Counted from the first letter of the stretch, positions 1-9,889 are shown. The stretch: DNA of 64,000 bases from Vicinamibacterales bacterium (GCA_050185275.1 JBFWZN010000005.1:131344-195343); one strand, 5' to 3'. Numbers and translations: made by a program. The notes: generated by a model not told the origin, from the sequence alone.

Positions 1-270
1 GAGGGCGCGGTCGTAGCCGCCGGACAGATTCAGCTGTGGGAACAGTCCGCTGCGAGAGATCACGTCGGCGCCCTCGGCGCGCCGGACGCCCGCCTGCGCG
101 ACAGCAATCGACTCGCTGCCAGCCTCGGCCATGTCGAGCACCTGCTCGAGAGTGAGCGCCGGGGGGGGCGCCTGCTGGGCCGCGGCCGGCCATGCGGCGG
201 GCCCGAGCAGCAGTACCCCGGCCGCGACACAGGGAAGGGCCCGCGCGAGAGGTCCACGAGTTGTGCGCAT
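1..270 (-). CDS. TolC/OEP-family outer-membrane efflux protein, N-terminal part (gene continues off the left edge)
   Basis: Manual translation from ATG (revcomp) at 268-270: MRTTRGPLARALPCVAAGVLLLGPAAWPAAAQQAPPPALTLEQVLDMAEAGSESIAVAQAGVRRAEGADVISRSGLFPQLNLSGGYDRAL. This is a signal peptide followed by the typical OEP N-terminal helix. It lies 18 bp downstream of the TetR gene on the same strand. It is absent from the ORF track because it is truncated. Confidence 0.6.
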   Translation of the reverse strand, partial: MRTTRGPLARALPCVAAGVLLLGPAAWPAAAQQAPPPALTLEQVLDMAEAGSESIAVAQAGVRRAEGADVISRSGLFPQLNLSGGYDRAL

Positions 271-287
271 ACGTCTCAAGACGCTCC

Positions 288-881
288 TCAGTCTCTGCTT
301 GGGTCCTCGATGCCGATGGCATCGAGGAAGAGGTCGATGTACAGGCGTGGTGCGTCCTCGGCCGGCTCGGGAAGCCGGTCGGTGAGGATGTCCCGGCCGA
401 TGGCGTCTGCGAAGAGGGTGCCGAGCAGCATCGACGCCGCCGCCCGCACGTTCCAGACGCCGCGTGAGAAGCCGCGCTCCTTGAGGCGTGTCAGGTATCG
501 CTCGAGCTGCTCGCCCGCGGCCGAAGGGACGCGGCGGGGCATCGATTCCACGTCGGGATGGCCTTCCATTTCGCCGATCGCCATGCGGATGTGCGCACGC
601 GCCTGGAAGAGGTGCTGGTAGTGCTGCTCGGCCCAGACGAGCAGCTCCGCCTTCGGATGACGTGGCAGGTCGGGCAGTGTGGGCACCGGCACGCGGGAGG
701 CGTTCCAGCACATGGCTTCTCGGATGAGCGCTTCCTTGGAGCCATATTGGCGGAAGAGCGTCACCTCGTTCACGCCGGCCTCTTCGGCTATGCGCCTGGT
801 GGTGGCGCCGCGCCAGCCGGCTTCGGTGACCACGCGGACCGTCGCTTCGAGGAGCTGCTCGCGGATATCGGTGCGTTCCAT
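288..881 (-). CDS. TetR/AcrR-family transcriptional regulator
   Basis: The ORF 288..1022 was trimmed to the internal Met (MERTDIREQLLEATVRVVTEAGWRGATTRRIAEEAGVNEVTLFRQYGSKEAL), which is a classic TetR N-terminal HTH. The upstream extension overlaps the operator palindromes. Confidence 0.85.
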   Translation of the reverse strand: MERTDIREQLLEATVRVVTEAGWRGATTRRIAEEAGVNEVTLFRQYGSKEALIREAMCWNASRVPVPTLPDLPRHPKAELLVWAEQHYQHLFQARAHIRMAIGEMEGHPDVESMPRRVPSAAGEQLERYLTRLKERGFSRGVWNVRAAASMLLGTLFADAIGRDILTDRLPEPAEDAPRLYIDLFLDAIGIEDPSRD

Positions 882-968
882 GCGTTCCTGGTACTGCTGT
901 CCTGGCGTGACATGCGCGGCCACCCCGCCTGTCGGGGCGTATCCGGCCTGTGGAATCCGAGGTGGCCT

Positions 969-994
969 TGTGCAAGCAAGCACTTGCTTGCACA
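969..994. promoter_or_regulatory. Perfect palindrome tgtgcaagcaag-ca-cttgcttgcaca; candidate TetR operator 1
   Basis: 12-nt arms around a 2-nt centre, read directly from the sequence, about 90 bp upstream of the TetR start. Confidence 0.55.
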
Positions 995-1013
995 TCATGA
1001 CCTCTCCAGGGCT

Positions 1014-1035
1014 TGTAAGCAAGTGCTTGCTTGCC
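1014..1035. promoter_or_regulatory. Second copy of the same palindrome (tgtaagcaag-tg-cttgcttgcc); candidate TetR operator 2
   Basis: Same half-site (AAGCAAG / CTTGCTT) with 2 mismatches. Its centre is 43 bp from the centre of operator 1. Confidence 0.5.
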
Positions 1036-1159
1036 GTAGGACGCGTTTCCGTGTGCCCGGGTTCCCGCCTGGCGGTTTTGGCGCAGTGACCTCAGTGCGG
1101 GGCGCCATGCGGGACGCCAGGTGTGAAGGCGTCGGCGTGGAAGGGCCGGCCTCGCGGTT

Positions 1160-1924
1160 TCAGCCTGAATCTGAGCCGAAGGCCAGCTCGTCGAGCTGTG
1201 GGAGCACCACCTCGGCCCGTCCGGCCAACGCCAGGTCGACACCCCCCGACGCCACCGTCCTTTCAGGGTTGATCTCCACCGTGAAGGCCCCGTGCTCGCG
1301 GGCCATCCTCACCAGCCCCGCGGCAGGATGAACGAGTGCCGAGGTCCCGACCGCGAGGAACAGGCGGCAGCGTGTCGCGCCGACGGCATCGGCCAGGGCA
1401 TCGGCGGGCAGGGACTCGCCGAACCAGACGACGGCCGGGCGCGCCGGCCCCCCGCAGTGCGGGCAACGAGGGGGCATCACCGGTAGCGGCACGCGCAGAT
1501 CAGGCCAGGTTGGTGGCGCGGCCGCGCAGCCGTTCCTGCAGGCGAGTTCCCACAGGGAGCCGTGGAGTCGTACGAGCCGGGTCGTGCCGGCGCGCACGTG
1601 CAGGTCGTCGACGTTCTGCGTCACGATTCGGACGTCGGCGTCCGGACGGCACGACCAGCCGGCGAGCACGCGGTGGGCGGCATTCGGCTGCGCCTCGGCC
1701 ACGAGCGCGCGACGCCACGCATACCACTCCCAGACCAGGGCCGGATCCTGGTCGAATGCCTCCGCGGTTGCGAGCTGCTCTGCCGGAAACGACCGCCACA
1801 ACCCAGCCTGCCCGCGGAACGTGGGCACGCCGCTCGCCGCGGAGACACCGGCGCCGGTGAGGACGGTGATGGCGCCGCCAGCCCGGATGGCAGCCGCGAG
1901 CGCGTCACGCTGCAGGTCCCTCAT
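1160..1924 (-). CDS. cobB: NAD-dependent protein deacylase, Sir2/CobB family
   Basis: GAGVSAASGVPTFRG, QNVDDLH and a Zn-ribbon (CRNGC...CPHCGG). The ORF was trimmed to Met MRDLQRDALAAAIRAGG. Confidence 0.85.
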   Translation of the reverse strand: MRDLQRDALAAAIRAGGAITVLTGAGVSAASGVPTFRGQAGLWRSFPAEQLATAEAFDQDPALVWEWYAWRRALVAEAQPNAAHRVLAGWSCRPDADVRIVTQNVDDLHVRAGTTRLVRLHGSLWELACRNGCAAAPPTWPDLRVPLPVMPPRCPHCGGPARPAVVWFGESLPADALADAVGATRCRLFLAVGTSALVHPAAGLVRMAREHGAFTVEINPERTVASGGVDLALAGRAEVVLPQLDELAFGSDSG

Positions 1925-2103
1925 CGGCGACGTCCCCGCCAGGCGGCCGACACCCGCGCGGGAAGCCGACACGAAGGCGTGCGGATTCGGCGCGCTCTGT
2001 GACCGGTCCGCACGTGCGCGGTGCACGCACAGGCGCAAAACGGCCATCCCGCACGGCTCTGCTCGTCGCGCAGTCCGGCACGCAAGCTGCAATTCGGAAC
2101 GGC

Positions 2104-2460
2104 ATGCGACCTCAATTCGATCCCTCCCGACTGCTGGCGGAATACGAAGACGACCTGCTGGTGGCCGAGATCACGCAAATGCTGCTCGACACCGCGCCAG
2201 GCCTGCTCCGTACCATCGAGGAGGCCGTAGCCGCAGACGACGCCACCGCCCTCAAGGCTGGCGCGCACCGGCTGCGGGGGTCGGTCGCCACGTTCGGCCT
2301 CGACTCGGCCACACAGGCGACGCTCGACCTCGAGCGGCTGGCTGCGAGCGGCCAGATGGCCAGTGCGCCCGCCGTGGTGGCCGGTCTCACGCGGGACGTC
2401 GGGATCCTCTGCGCCGGGGCACGCAGCTGGCTTGCCACACGCGCAGCCGCCGCCTCCTGA
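2104..2460 (+). CDS. Stand-alone Hpt (histidine phosphotransfer) domain protein
   Basis: About 119 aa and all-helical. The motif AGAHRLRGSVATFG matches the Hpt phospho-His motif (HxxKG/RGS). Trimmed to ATG 2104. Confidence 0.6.
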   Translation: MRPQFDPSRLLAEYEDDLLVAEITQMLLDTAPGLLRTIEEAVAADDATALKAGAHRLRGSVATFGLDSATQATLDLERLAASGQMASAPAVVAGLTRDVGILCAGARSWLATRAAAAS

Positions 2461-2598
2461 TCGACCGGGCCGCCACCGCGCGCCCGGCCCTTCCCCCCGA
2501 CGCTCCGGCTCCGGGTATTCTCTTGTGGATCACCACCCTGCGGACACCACGTCCGTGCGGGTGGGTGACCGGGACGCCCGTGTCCCCAGGAGCAGCCA

Positions 2599-3834
2599 GT
2601 GGAACCCAACACGATGCGGCGGATCGACTTCTGGGTCGGCGTCCCGCTGTGCTTCGTGGTCACGCTCGCACACCGCCTCGGCCAGTGGCTGGGAGGGACG
2701 CGTCGCCCGCAGGACCAGCCGAAGCGCGTGCTCTTCATCCAGCTGGCCGAAATGGGCACGATGGTCGTGGCGGCCCCCGCGCTGCGCAAGGCCCGCGAGC
2801 TCTTCCCGGACGCGACCTTGCACTTCCTCTGCTTCGACCAGGCCCGGCCCAGCCTGGAGATGCTGGGAATCCTCGACCCGAACGACATCCTCACCATCGA
2901 CAGCCGATCGCTGTCGTCCGTGCTCCGGGGCACGCTGGCGTTCATGCGCAGTGCGCGGCAGCGGCGCATCGACACGGTGATCAATCTCGAGAGCTTCGTC
3001 CGCTTCAGCAGCCTCCTGTCCTATCTGGCGGGCGCCCCGACGCGCGTGGGCTTCCACCGTTTCACCCAGGAGGGGTTGTACACCGGCGACTTTCTGACGC
3101 ACCGCGTGCTCTACAACCCGCACGTGCACGCGGCCACGACCTTCCTCGACCTCGTGCACGCGCTCGTCGAGCCGCCGGGACAGATTCCGTCGGTCAAGCG
3201 CACCTATGCCGAGGACTCGTACGCCGTGCCGACCATCACCACCGATGCGGCCGCCGAGCGGGCCATCCGCGGGAAGCTCGCCGGACACGCCCCCGAGGCC
3301 GCCACGGCGAGCCGAATCGTGGTCCTCAACCCGAACGCCAGCAACCGCTTCCCCATGCGGCGCCTGCCCCTGGACTCGTACGCGGAACTCGCCTCGCGCC
3401 TGCTGGAGGACCCGGACCTCTGCATCGTCATCACGGGGGTCGCCAGCGAGAAGCCCGATGCCCGCTACATCGTGGAGCGCGTGCGTTCGCCCCGGGTGAT
3501 CGACATGACCGGCGAGACGACGATGACCGAGCTGCTCCATCTCTTCGACATCGCGCAGGTCCTGGTCACCAACGACTCGGGACCGGCCCACTTCGCCTGC
3601 CTCACACGGGTCCACGTGATCGTGTGCTTCGGCCCCGAGCACCCGGACCGGTACCGCCCATTGACCCCGCGCTCCGACGTCGTGCACACACGGCTCTCGT
3701 GCAGCCCGTGCGTGAGCCCCTTCAACCAGCGACTCACCTCCTGCAACGACAACCAGTGCCTGAAACGTGTGCGCGTCGACGACGTGTACGCGCTCGTGCG
3801 GCGCCGCCTGGACGGCATGCCGGCCGGCGCGTGA
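2599..3834 (+). CDS. Glycosyltransferase family 9 (ADP-heptose:LPS heptosyltransferase-like)
   Basis: The motifs RVLFIQLAEMGTMV, VLNPNASNRFPMRRLP and TNDSGPAHFA are GT9 hallmarks. An AGGAG lies 6 nt upstream of GTG 2599. ATG 2614 is an alternative start. Confidence 0.8.
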   Translation: MEPNTMRRIDFWVGVPLCFVVTLAHRLGQWLGGTRRPQDQPKRVLFIQLAEMGTMVVAAPALRKARELFPDATLHFLCFDQARPSLEMLGILDPNDILTIDSRSLSSVLRGTLAFMRSARQRRIDTVINLESFVRFSSLLSYLAGAPTRVGFHRFTQEGLYTGDFLTHRVLYNPHVHAATTFLDLVHALVEPPGQIPSVKRTYAEDSYAVPTITTDAAAERAIRGKLAGHAPEAATASRIVVLNPNASNRFPMRRLPLDSYAELASRLLEDPDLCIVITGVASEKPDARYIVERVRSPRVIDMTGETTMTELLHLFDIAQVLVTNDSGPAHFACLTRVHVIVCFGPEHPDRYRPLTPRSDVVHTRLSCSPCVSPFNQRLTSCNDNQCLKRVRVDDVYALVRRRLDGMPAGA

Positions 3835-3885
3835 GCCGGGACCGGCGCCACGGCCCGGGCGCGCCACTCTCAGCGTGCCGGAACC

Positions 3886-6729
3886 TCAGCGTGTTGGCAC
3901 CGAGGGCACCGGGGTTGCCGTGCCGAAGAACAGGGCATTGAAGAGGAATCGGAACGTGCCGTGCGGCTGGGCGCGAAACGCCACATCGGGCCCGAAGAGC
4001 ACCACGTGTCCACGTCCGAGTGGCACGTCCACGGCCATGGCAGTACCTTGCAGCAGCCCCTGTCCCCAGGCCCATCCGCTGCGGAGCGGCGTGGCGCTGG
4101 CGAACCACGCGACCTGGCGGCCAGGGCCGTTCCCGTCGAGCCTGAACACAGGGCTGTTGTCGTAGAACACGTCGACGTCCGGCTCGAACCCGTACCCGAG
4201 CGGGAGCGTGTTGTCCACCCGAGCCCTGAGCACCGAGCCGGGCACGTAGAAGCGGTCGGCGCCCACGGGTCTGGAGCGCCCGCCGAAGCCAGCCTCCGTG
4301 AGCCCGTTCGAGACGGACAGGCGGAGAAGGTCGGCCACGACGGTGGACCCTCCCATCGCGATCAGGGTGCCGCCCTCCTCGACGAACTGCCGCAGGTGCG
4401 GCAACGTGCGGGTGCTGGTCACCGAGCCCACGACGCCCCGATACGCGGCGGGGACGTCGGCCGGGAGCGGACCGGGAGCGGCGTCGCGTGGAGTGACCGC
4501 GCCGTCGGGCAGGATCAGCACGTCGTACTTCGCGCGCAGGCCACCGGCATCGAGGCCGGGCGGATAGACCACCTCGAACGGGAACTCGTACTGCTCGAGG
4601 AGATAGCGGAGCCAGCCGCTCGACACCGACCCGCCATAGGTATCCCAGAGGCCGACCCGCACCGGGGCGACGCGCAGCGCCTCGCCTGCCGGCGGGATCC
4701 GTGTGCCGGTCACGGAAATGCCGAGCTCCGCAGCGGCCTGTCGCAGCAGCGCGAGCACGCCGGGTCGGGCGGGCACGAACATGGCCCCCGTCCCGCCCGG
4801 CGCGCCACCGGAACGCCGGTCAGCCGGCCAGTACACGGCATGGCCGGCGGCCAGGAGGCGATTGACGGCCACGAAGGCGTCGTTCTGGTGGTGGCTCAGG
4901 AGGAACCCGCTGGCGCCGTCCACCCCGCGGACCGGTCCTGGAGGCACGGGCGCGACCGCGCCCGACAGTTCCACGAAGGGGCCGTCGAAACCGTCCAGGA
5001 CACGATCGAAGCGGACGCCCATCTGAAACGCGAGCGTCCACCCGGCGGCGTCGTAGGGCGGTGTCGGGGGTGCTCCGGGCGAGGGCCGGTCGTCGGGGTG
5101 ATCCTGCGGCTCGAACATGTCGAGCACGTGGGCCCGAAATGCCTGGGCGGTCTTCACGACGTAGGACCCGGCCGGATAGCGCCGGCCAGCGGCCTCGAAG
5201 GCGGCCGAGGCGCGCAGGACGGTCACGCCATTCTTGAGCAGCGCGTCGACGAACTTGGTGGCCGTGGGAAAGTCGGGCTGGTCGGCGGGCAGGATGTAGC
5301 CACGCGGATCCCGGAGCCGCGGGTCACGCAGTGCCTGCTCGAACCGGATCGCGGGCTGTGGCGTCTCGTCCAGGCCGGTCCGCGGCCGGGTGGATCCGCC
5401 GGACACGCCGAAGGCCTGGAGCCTCCGGGGTGTGGTGGTCCACGAATCGGTACTGCCCCTGGCGATCGCCCGAGCGCCCATCCGGTAGGCATTGAGGAGG
5501 AGCGTCTCCCGATAGCGCGAGGCCAGGTCCAGGACGGCCCGATTGGCGGTCATCGAGTACTCGATCGACTGCCTGAAGCGCCATGTCTGCGGAGGGATGG
5601 GCAGCGGCAGGTCCCCGGCCGGCAGCTGCCGTTCGGGCACGAACGGGATACGGATCGGCGTGGGGCTCCCGATGATCTCCGTCAGCAGGCCGATCTGGTT
5701 GTGGAAATAGGCCGTGGTGCGCAGCCCGCCGTTCCACCACGTGGAGTACGTGGCGCCCAGGCGGGTGGTGACGCCCCCCTTGCCCTCGGCGACGAACCGG
5801 GCCTGCATGGCCGACCCCACCATGTCGATCATCGCGGGCACCAGGGGGTCGAGCGCGTAGTTGAACGGGTCGCGGAAGGGCGGAGCGAACATCACGGTCC
5901 CCATGGGGCCGGTCTGGTGATGGTCGTAGACGATCTGGGGAAACCACTCCCGGTAGAGGACCCGGTTGATGTTGGTGGTCTCGGGTTGACTCGAGAGGAA
6001 GAAGTCCCGGTTGTTGTCGTGTCCGATGTACTTGTGGTACAGCCGCGGCACGTGTGCCAGCGAACGCCGGCGGGGGTCGGGCTCCTGCATGTACCAGTCG
6101 GCCACGAGCGCGTGGCCGTCCGGATTCGCATGGGCGACGAGCACGATCACGTCGCGCAGCACACGGAGCGTCTCGGCATCCGAGCGGCTCACGAGCTGAT
6201 ACACGAGTTCGATGAGCTGCTGGCTGCCCACCACTTCGTCGGCATGGATCCCGCCGTCGATCCACACCACGGCCTTACCCTCCGCCGCCAGCGCCCTCGC
6301 CTCGGCGTCGGTCAGGCCGGACGCGGTGGCGAGCCGTCGCGAGATGGCACGGTACCTGTCGAGCCGGGCGTGGTTTTCGGGCGCGGTGACCACGGCCATC
6401 CACTGGGAGCGTCCCTCGGCCGTCGAGCCGATGTCGACGAGCGACATCCGGGGAGACTGCCGGTCCAGCACACGCCAGTACTCCTCGAGCTGCGCGTACG
6501 TGGCCAGGAAGTAGTCGTCCCCGATATCGGCACCAAACTGCTGGCGTGGCGAGGTGAGCGCCCCAGCCACCTGGGCGGCCGGGGTCAGGGGCTGGAGCGC
6601 GGTCGCAAGCAGCAGCGCGACAAGGACGCCGAGGCCCGCGCGCGGCGTCAGCCGTGTCCCTGTCGCCGACTCCCGCGTGCTCGCGTGCTCCACCGCCGGT
6701 ATGATAGCGAACCGTTGCGCATCGCTCAC
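3886..6729 (-). CDS. M14-family zinc carboxypeptidase-like protein with large C-terminal extension, secreted
   Basis: Contains GGIHADEVVGSQ...HANPDGH (the M14 Zn-binding HxxE...H context). It has an N-terminal hydrophobic signal and is 947 aa. Confidence 0.75.
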   Translation of the reverse strand: MSDAQRFAIIPAVEHASTRESATGTRLTPRAGLGVLVALLLATALQPLTPAAQVAGALTSPRQQFGADIGDDYFLATYAQLEEYWRVLDRQSPRMSLVDIGSTAEGRSQWMAVVTAPENHARLDRYRAISRRLATASGLTDAEARALAAEGKAVVWIDGGIHADEVVGSQQLIELVYQLVSRSDAETLRVLRDVIVLVAHANPDGHALVADWYMQEPDPRRRSLAHVPRLYHKYIGHDNNRDFFLSSQPETTNINRVLYREWFPQIVYDHHQTGPMGTVMFAPPFRDPFNYALDPLVPAMIDMVGSAMQARFVAEGKGGVTTRLGATYSTWWNGGLRTTAYFHNQIGLLTEIIGSPTPIRIPFVPERQLPAGDLPLPIPPQTWRFRQSIEYSMTANRAVLDLASRYRETLLLNAYRMGARAIARGSTDSWTTTPRRLQAFGVSGGSTRPRTGLDETPQPAIRFEQALRDPRLRDPRGYILPADQPDFPTATKFVDALLKNGVTVLRASAAFEAAGRRYPAGSYVVKTAQAFRAHVLDMFEPQDHPDDRPSPGAPPTPPYDAAGWTLAFQMGVRFDRVLDGFDGPFVELSGAVAPVPPGPVRGVDGASGFLLSHHQNDAFVAVNRLLAAGHAVYWPADRRSGGAPGGTGAMFVPARPGVLALLRQAAAELGISVTGTRIPPAGEALRVAPVRVGLWDTYGGSVSSGWLRYLLEQYEFPFEVVYPPGLDAGGLRAKYDVLILPDGAVTPRDAAPGPLPADVPAAYRGVVGSVTSTRTLPHLRQFVEEGGTLIAMGGSTVVADLLRLSVSNGLTEAGFGGRSRPVGADRFYVPGSVLRARVDNTLPLGYGFEPDVDVFYDNSPVFRLDGNGPGRQVAWFASATPLRSGWAWGQGLLQGTAMAVDVPLGRGHVVLFGPDVAFRAQPHGTFRFLFNALFFGTATPVPSVPTR

Positions 6730-6845
6730 ATTCCCCCGCCGTTCCGGCCCGGCGCGCCTGGCCAGCCGGACGCGGCCCTGCCGGTCGCGCGGCCTCGCCG
6801 GCCTAGCGCCACCACCCTGCCCGAGATGGCCCAGGTCGCCTCGTG

Positions 6846-7601
6846 ATGAAGGTCCTCAGCTGGAACGTCAACGGCGTGCGTGCCCGGCAGGCGGAGCTGC
6901 AGGCCATCGTGGAGCGCGAACGCCCCGCCGTCATCTGCCTCCAGGAGCTCAAGGCGTCGCCAGAGCAGCTTCCCGTGTGGGTCGTCGAGATGGAGGGCTA
7001 CTGGTGTTACTGGCATGGGGGCAAGGGGTACTCCGGGGTCGGCCTGCACGTCAGCAAGACCCTCTGTCCGGAGAAACCGGACTTCCACCACCCGACGTTC
7101 GACTTCGAGCATCGCCTGGTGACCGTCCATCTGCCCCAGGCCACCATCGCGTCGGTCTATGTGCCGAACGGGGGCAAGGACTTCGACGCCAAGCTCCGCT
7201 TCCTCGAAGCGCTCGACGCCTGGGCCGATGCGCAGCAACAGGACGGACGCCCGCTCATCGTCTGCGGGGACCTGAACGTGGCCCGTACGGACATGGACGT
7301 ACACCCGAAGGAGCGCAAGCCGCGCGTCATCGGCCAGCGTCCCGAAGAGCGCGCCCTGCTCGAGCGGCTGATCAGCCGTGGGCTCGACGACGTCCAGCGG
7401 CGGCTCCACCCCGACGACGCGGAACTGTTCACGTGGTGGGCGCCGTGGCGCAACCTCCGGGCCCGCAACATCGGCTGGCGGATCGACTACGTGCTCGCCT
7501 CGCGCGCACTGGCGGAGCGGGCGTCCACTTGCACTGTAGAGCGTGAGACCGGCACGAGCGATCACGGTGCGCTCGTTGCGGTCTTCGACGTGCCCACATA
7601 G
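6846..7601 (+). CDS. xthA: Exodeoxyribonuclease III
   Basis: MKVLSWNVNGVRAR...ICLQELK...SDHGALV, the ExoIII/AP-endonuclease family signature. GTG 6843 is an alternative start. Confidence 0.9.
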   Translation: MKVLSWNVNGVRARQAELQAIVERERPAVICLQELKASPEQLPVWVVEMEGYWCYWHGGKGYSGVGLHVSKTLCPEKPDFHHPTFDFEHRLVTVHLPQATIASVYVPNGGKDFDAKLRFLEALDAWADAQQQDGRPLIVCGDLNVARTDMDVHPKERKPRVIGQRPEERALLERLISRGLDDVQRRLHPDDAELFTWWAPWRNLRARNIGWRIDYVLASRALAERASTCTVERETGTSDHGALVAVFDVPT

Positions 7602-7745
7602 CGCCCAGCACCGACGGCACGCGTCTGCCGTGGCGTCTCAACGGCACTCCGTCGCGGCCCCCTTCGCGACGGGCGGCGCTGCCTGTCCCGCGTCGGTCTC
7701 GGCGCCGGCGTCGACTGTCCGACCCGGGCCGCCACGCGTCCCCGC

Positions 7746-8921
7746 TCACCGTTCAGCGCGACTCCAGCGGCGTGCCAGCACCACGGCATCGGCCTGGTGC
7801 ACGAGGCGGAGATCGGTGACGCGGATGGCCTCGGTCACCAGACGCCGCGCGCCCCGGTCCGACAGGTCGTCGTGTCGCACCTCGCCGAGCAGGCGGCCCG
7901 TCTCCACGCAGAGGACGGCCAGCACGGCCTCGAGGCCGCGGAGGATCGTGCGAAGGCCCTGACCCTGGTACGCACACCAGTTCGCGAAGGCATGCGCGGC
8001 AAGGAAGCGGTTCACGGCCCGGCGGTGCGCCGGCCGCTCCAGGAGTTCGCGCGAGCCGGGCCGCCAGCTCGGCGCCGGCGGCCTGAGGTCCTCCGGGATG
8101 GCCGCGCGCACTTCCTCGTAGCGGGCCAGCATGGAGGCGGCCGACAGGGCCTCGGTGGGCGCGGCGTCCTCGGCACCCGCAGGACCGGCCGCGCCAGAGG
8201 CGCGCGGCCACGATGGCAGTGTCTCGAGCGCAGCAGCGAACGGTCCATGGCCGGGCTCCCACCTTCGCAGGACCTCGACGTGGGCGCTCAGCGCACGCAG
8301 GACGGCCGAGGGTGCCTCGTCGGCACCGAACGCGCGGATGACGTGGGACTCCCATGCCGCGTAGGCCGGCAGGTCCAGGAGCATGCGCGGGTGCAGCAGG
8401 GGCGGCAGCGTGTCGGTGGCGTCGAGGCCTTCGAGTCCGTCCCCGGCCGGGAAGGCGCGTGGCGACTCGATAATCGCGAGCGGGAGGTCGTCCCGCCACA
8501 GCAGATCGGCTGCCGTGGGGCAGAAGTGGGACAGGACCACGAACACGCCCCGACCGTCACGCAGCACCACGCGGGGGAAGTGGCGGCAGCTCGACGGCAG
8601 GGCCGCTTCCCCCTCCGAGACCTGCACGAGGCAGCGGTGCGCTCGGGCGTCGTGGAACGCGCACGCCCCGTCGGGCGTGCGGGCGAGCACGGCGCCCGCG
8701 CCGGGAGGAAGGGGCGGCTCGGTCACCAGGGGCACCGGCTCGGAAGGCAGGCGCCCGGCGGCGACCGCGGCGCGGATCAACGGCACCAGGACGGGCTCGA
8801 CCGGGATGTCCCAGCCAGCCCGGCAGCACGCGCCCCGGTTGGCGCATCCGTAGGTGGCGTGAGTGCCAAGGGCGTACACACGCAAGTTATTGTCCAGACT
8901 CAGCTTGTGATTCGTACACAA
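7746..8921 (-). CDS. Cysteine-cluster protein resembling the FliB/YkgJ (CxxCxxCC) family; function unknown
   Basis: The N-terminal YGCANRGACCRAGWDIPVE matches the C-x-GxCC-xGW motif of FliB-like or YkgJ-type proteins, and further Cys residues lie downstream. The start is uncertain: TTG 8921 in an AT-rich stretch, or GTG 8879. Confidence 0.45.
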   Translation of the reverse strand: MCTNHKLSLDNNLRVYALGTHATYGCANRGACCRAGWDIPVEPVLVPLIRAAVAAGRLPSEPVPLVTEPPLPPGAGAVLARTPDGACAFHDARAHRCLVQVSEGEAALPSSCRHFPRVVLRDGRGVFVVLSHFCPTAADLLWRDDLPLAIIESPRAFPAGDGLEGLDATDTLPPLLHPRMLLDLPAYAAWESHVIRAFGADEAPSAVLRALSAHVEVLRRWEPGHGPFAAALETLPSWPRASGAAGPAGAEDAAPTEALSAASMLARYEEVRAAIPEDLRPPAPSWRPGSRELLERPAHRRAVNRFLAAHAFANWCAYQGQGLRTILRGLEAVLAVLCVETGRLLGEVRHDDLSDRGARRLVTEAIRVTDLRLVHQADAVVLARRWSRAER

Positions 8922-9007
8922 CTATTACAGACCAGGTCCGTGACACCTGCTATCGTGCGCCGATACACCTGGATGTCAACACCAACCTTGTTGAGGGATT
9001 CTTACTG

Positions 9008-9889
9008 ATGGGCGCACCGGCACTCATGTACGGCCGCAGGTATTCAAACGGCATCAACTGGATCACGGTCATCGCGATGACCGCGTTCCACATAGGGGCC
9101 GTGGCAGCCTTCTTTTACATCGACGCCGGCGCCATCATGGCCGCGGTCGTCCTCGCGTTCGCCTCGGGCTCGCTCGGCATCGGGATGGGTTATCACCGCC
9201 TACTCACCCACCGCGGCTACAAGACGCCGAAGTGGATCGAGTACTTCCTGACGGTGTGCGGCACGCTCGCCCTCGAAGGGGGTCCGATCTTCTGGGTGGC
9301 CACGCACCGGATTCACCACCAGAAGTCGGACAAGGAGGGCGACCCGCATTCGCCGCGTGAGGGCACGTGGTGGGCACACATGGGCTGGATCATCAGCGGC
9401 CATGGGCTGCACCACGACGCCACCGTGCTCTCCCGGTACGTGCCCGATCTGAGCCGCGACCGGTTCCACGTGTGGATCTCGAAGTGGCATTGGGTGACGA
9501 ACGTCGTCGTCGGCCTTGCGCTGCTCGCCTACGGCGGGATCCCCTACGTGCTGTGGGGCGTCTTCTTCCGCACCACCTGGGTGCTGCACGTGACCTGGTT
9601 CGTCAACTCGGCGACCCACAAGTGGGGGACGCGGCGGTTCAAGACCCGTGACGACTCGACCAATCTCTGGTGGGTCGGCATCCTGGCCTTCGGCGAGGGC
9701 TGGCACAACAACCACCACGCGCATCCGGTGTCGGCCCGCCACGGCCTGGCCTGGTACGAGTTCGACATCAACTGGATCGGCATCAGCATCCTCCGCATGC
9801 TCGGTCTGGCCTGGGACGTGAAGGTGGCCAAGGTGGCCCTGCCGATGACCGAGGACCAGCTCCTGCCCAGCGAGGAAGCGGTCGCCTGA
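9008..9889 (+). CDS. Acyl-CoA/acyl-lipid delta-9 fatty-acid desaturase (membrane, di-iron)
   Basis: Three His boxes are present: HRLLTH, HRIHHQKSD and GEGWHNNHHAHP. Confidence 0.9.
   Translation: MGAPALMYGRRYSNGINWITVIAMTAFHIGAVAAFFYIDAGAIMAAVVLAFASGSLGIGMGYHRLLTHRGYKTPKWIEYFLTVCGTLALEGGPIFWVATHRIHHQKSDKEGDPHSPREGTWWAHMGWIISGHGLHHDATVLSRYVPDLSRDRFHVWISKWHWVTNVVVGLALLAYGGIPYVLWGVFFRTTWVLHVTWFVNSATHKWGTRRFKTRDDSTNLWWVGILAFGEGWHNNHHAHPVSARHGLAWYEFDINWIGISILRMLGLAWDVKVAKVALPMTEDQLLPSEEAVA

Noticed and set aside
1584-3941. Very long ORFs in the track, for example 1584..3941 (785 aa), 3961..6846 (961 aa), 10694..12814 (706 aa), 26843..29290 (815 aa), 30382..34230 (1282 aa), 52310..54193 (627 aa) and 53986..55641 (551 aa).
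   Set aside because: They lie antisense or out of frame to genes with clear family motifs. They are Arg/Pro/Gly/Ala-rich and show no recognisable domains. Stop-codon scarcity in high-GC DNA explains them.
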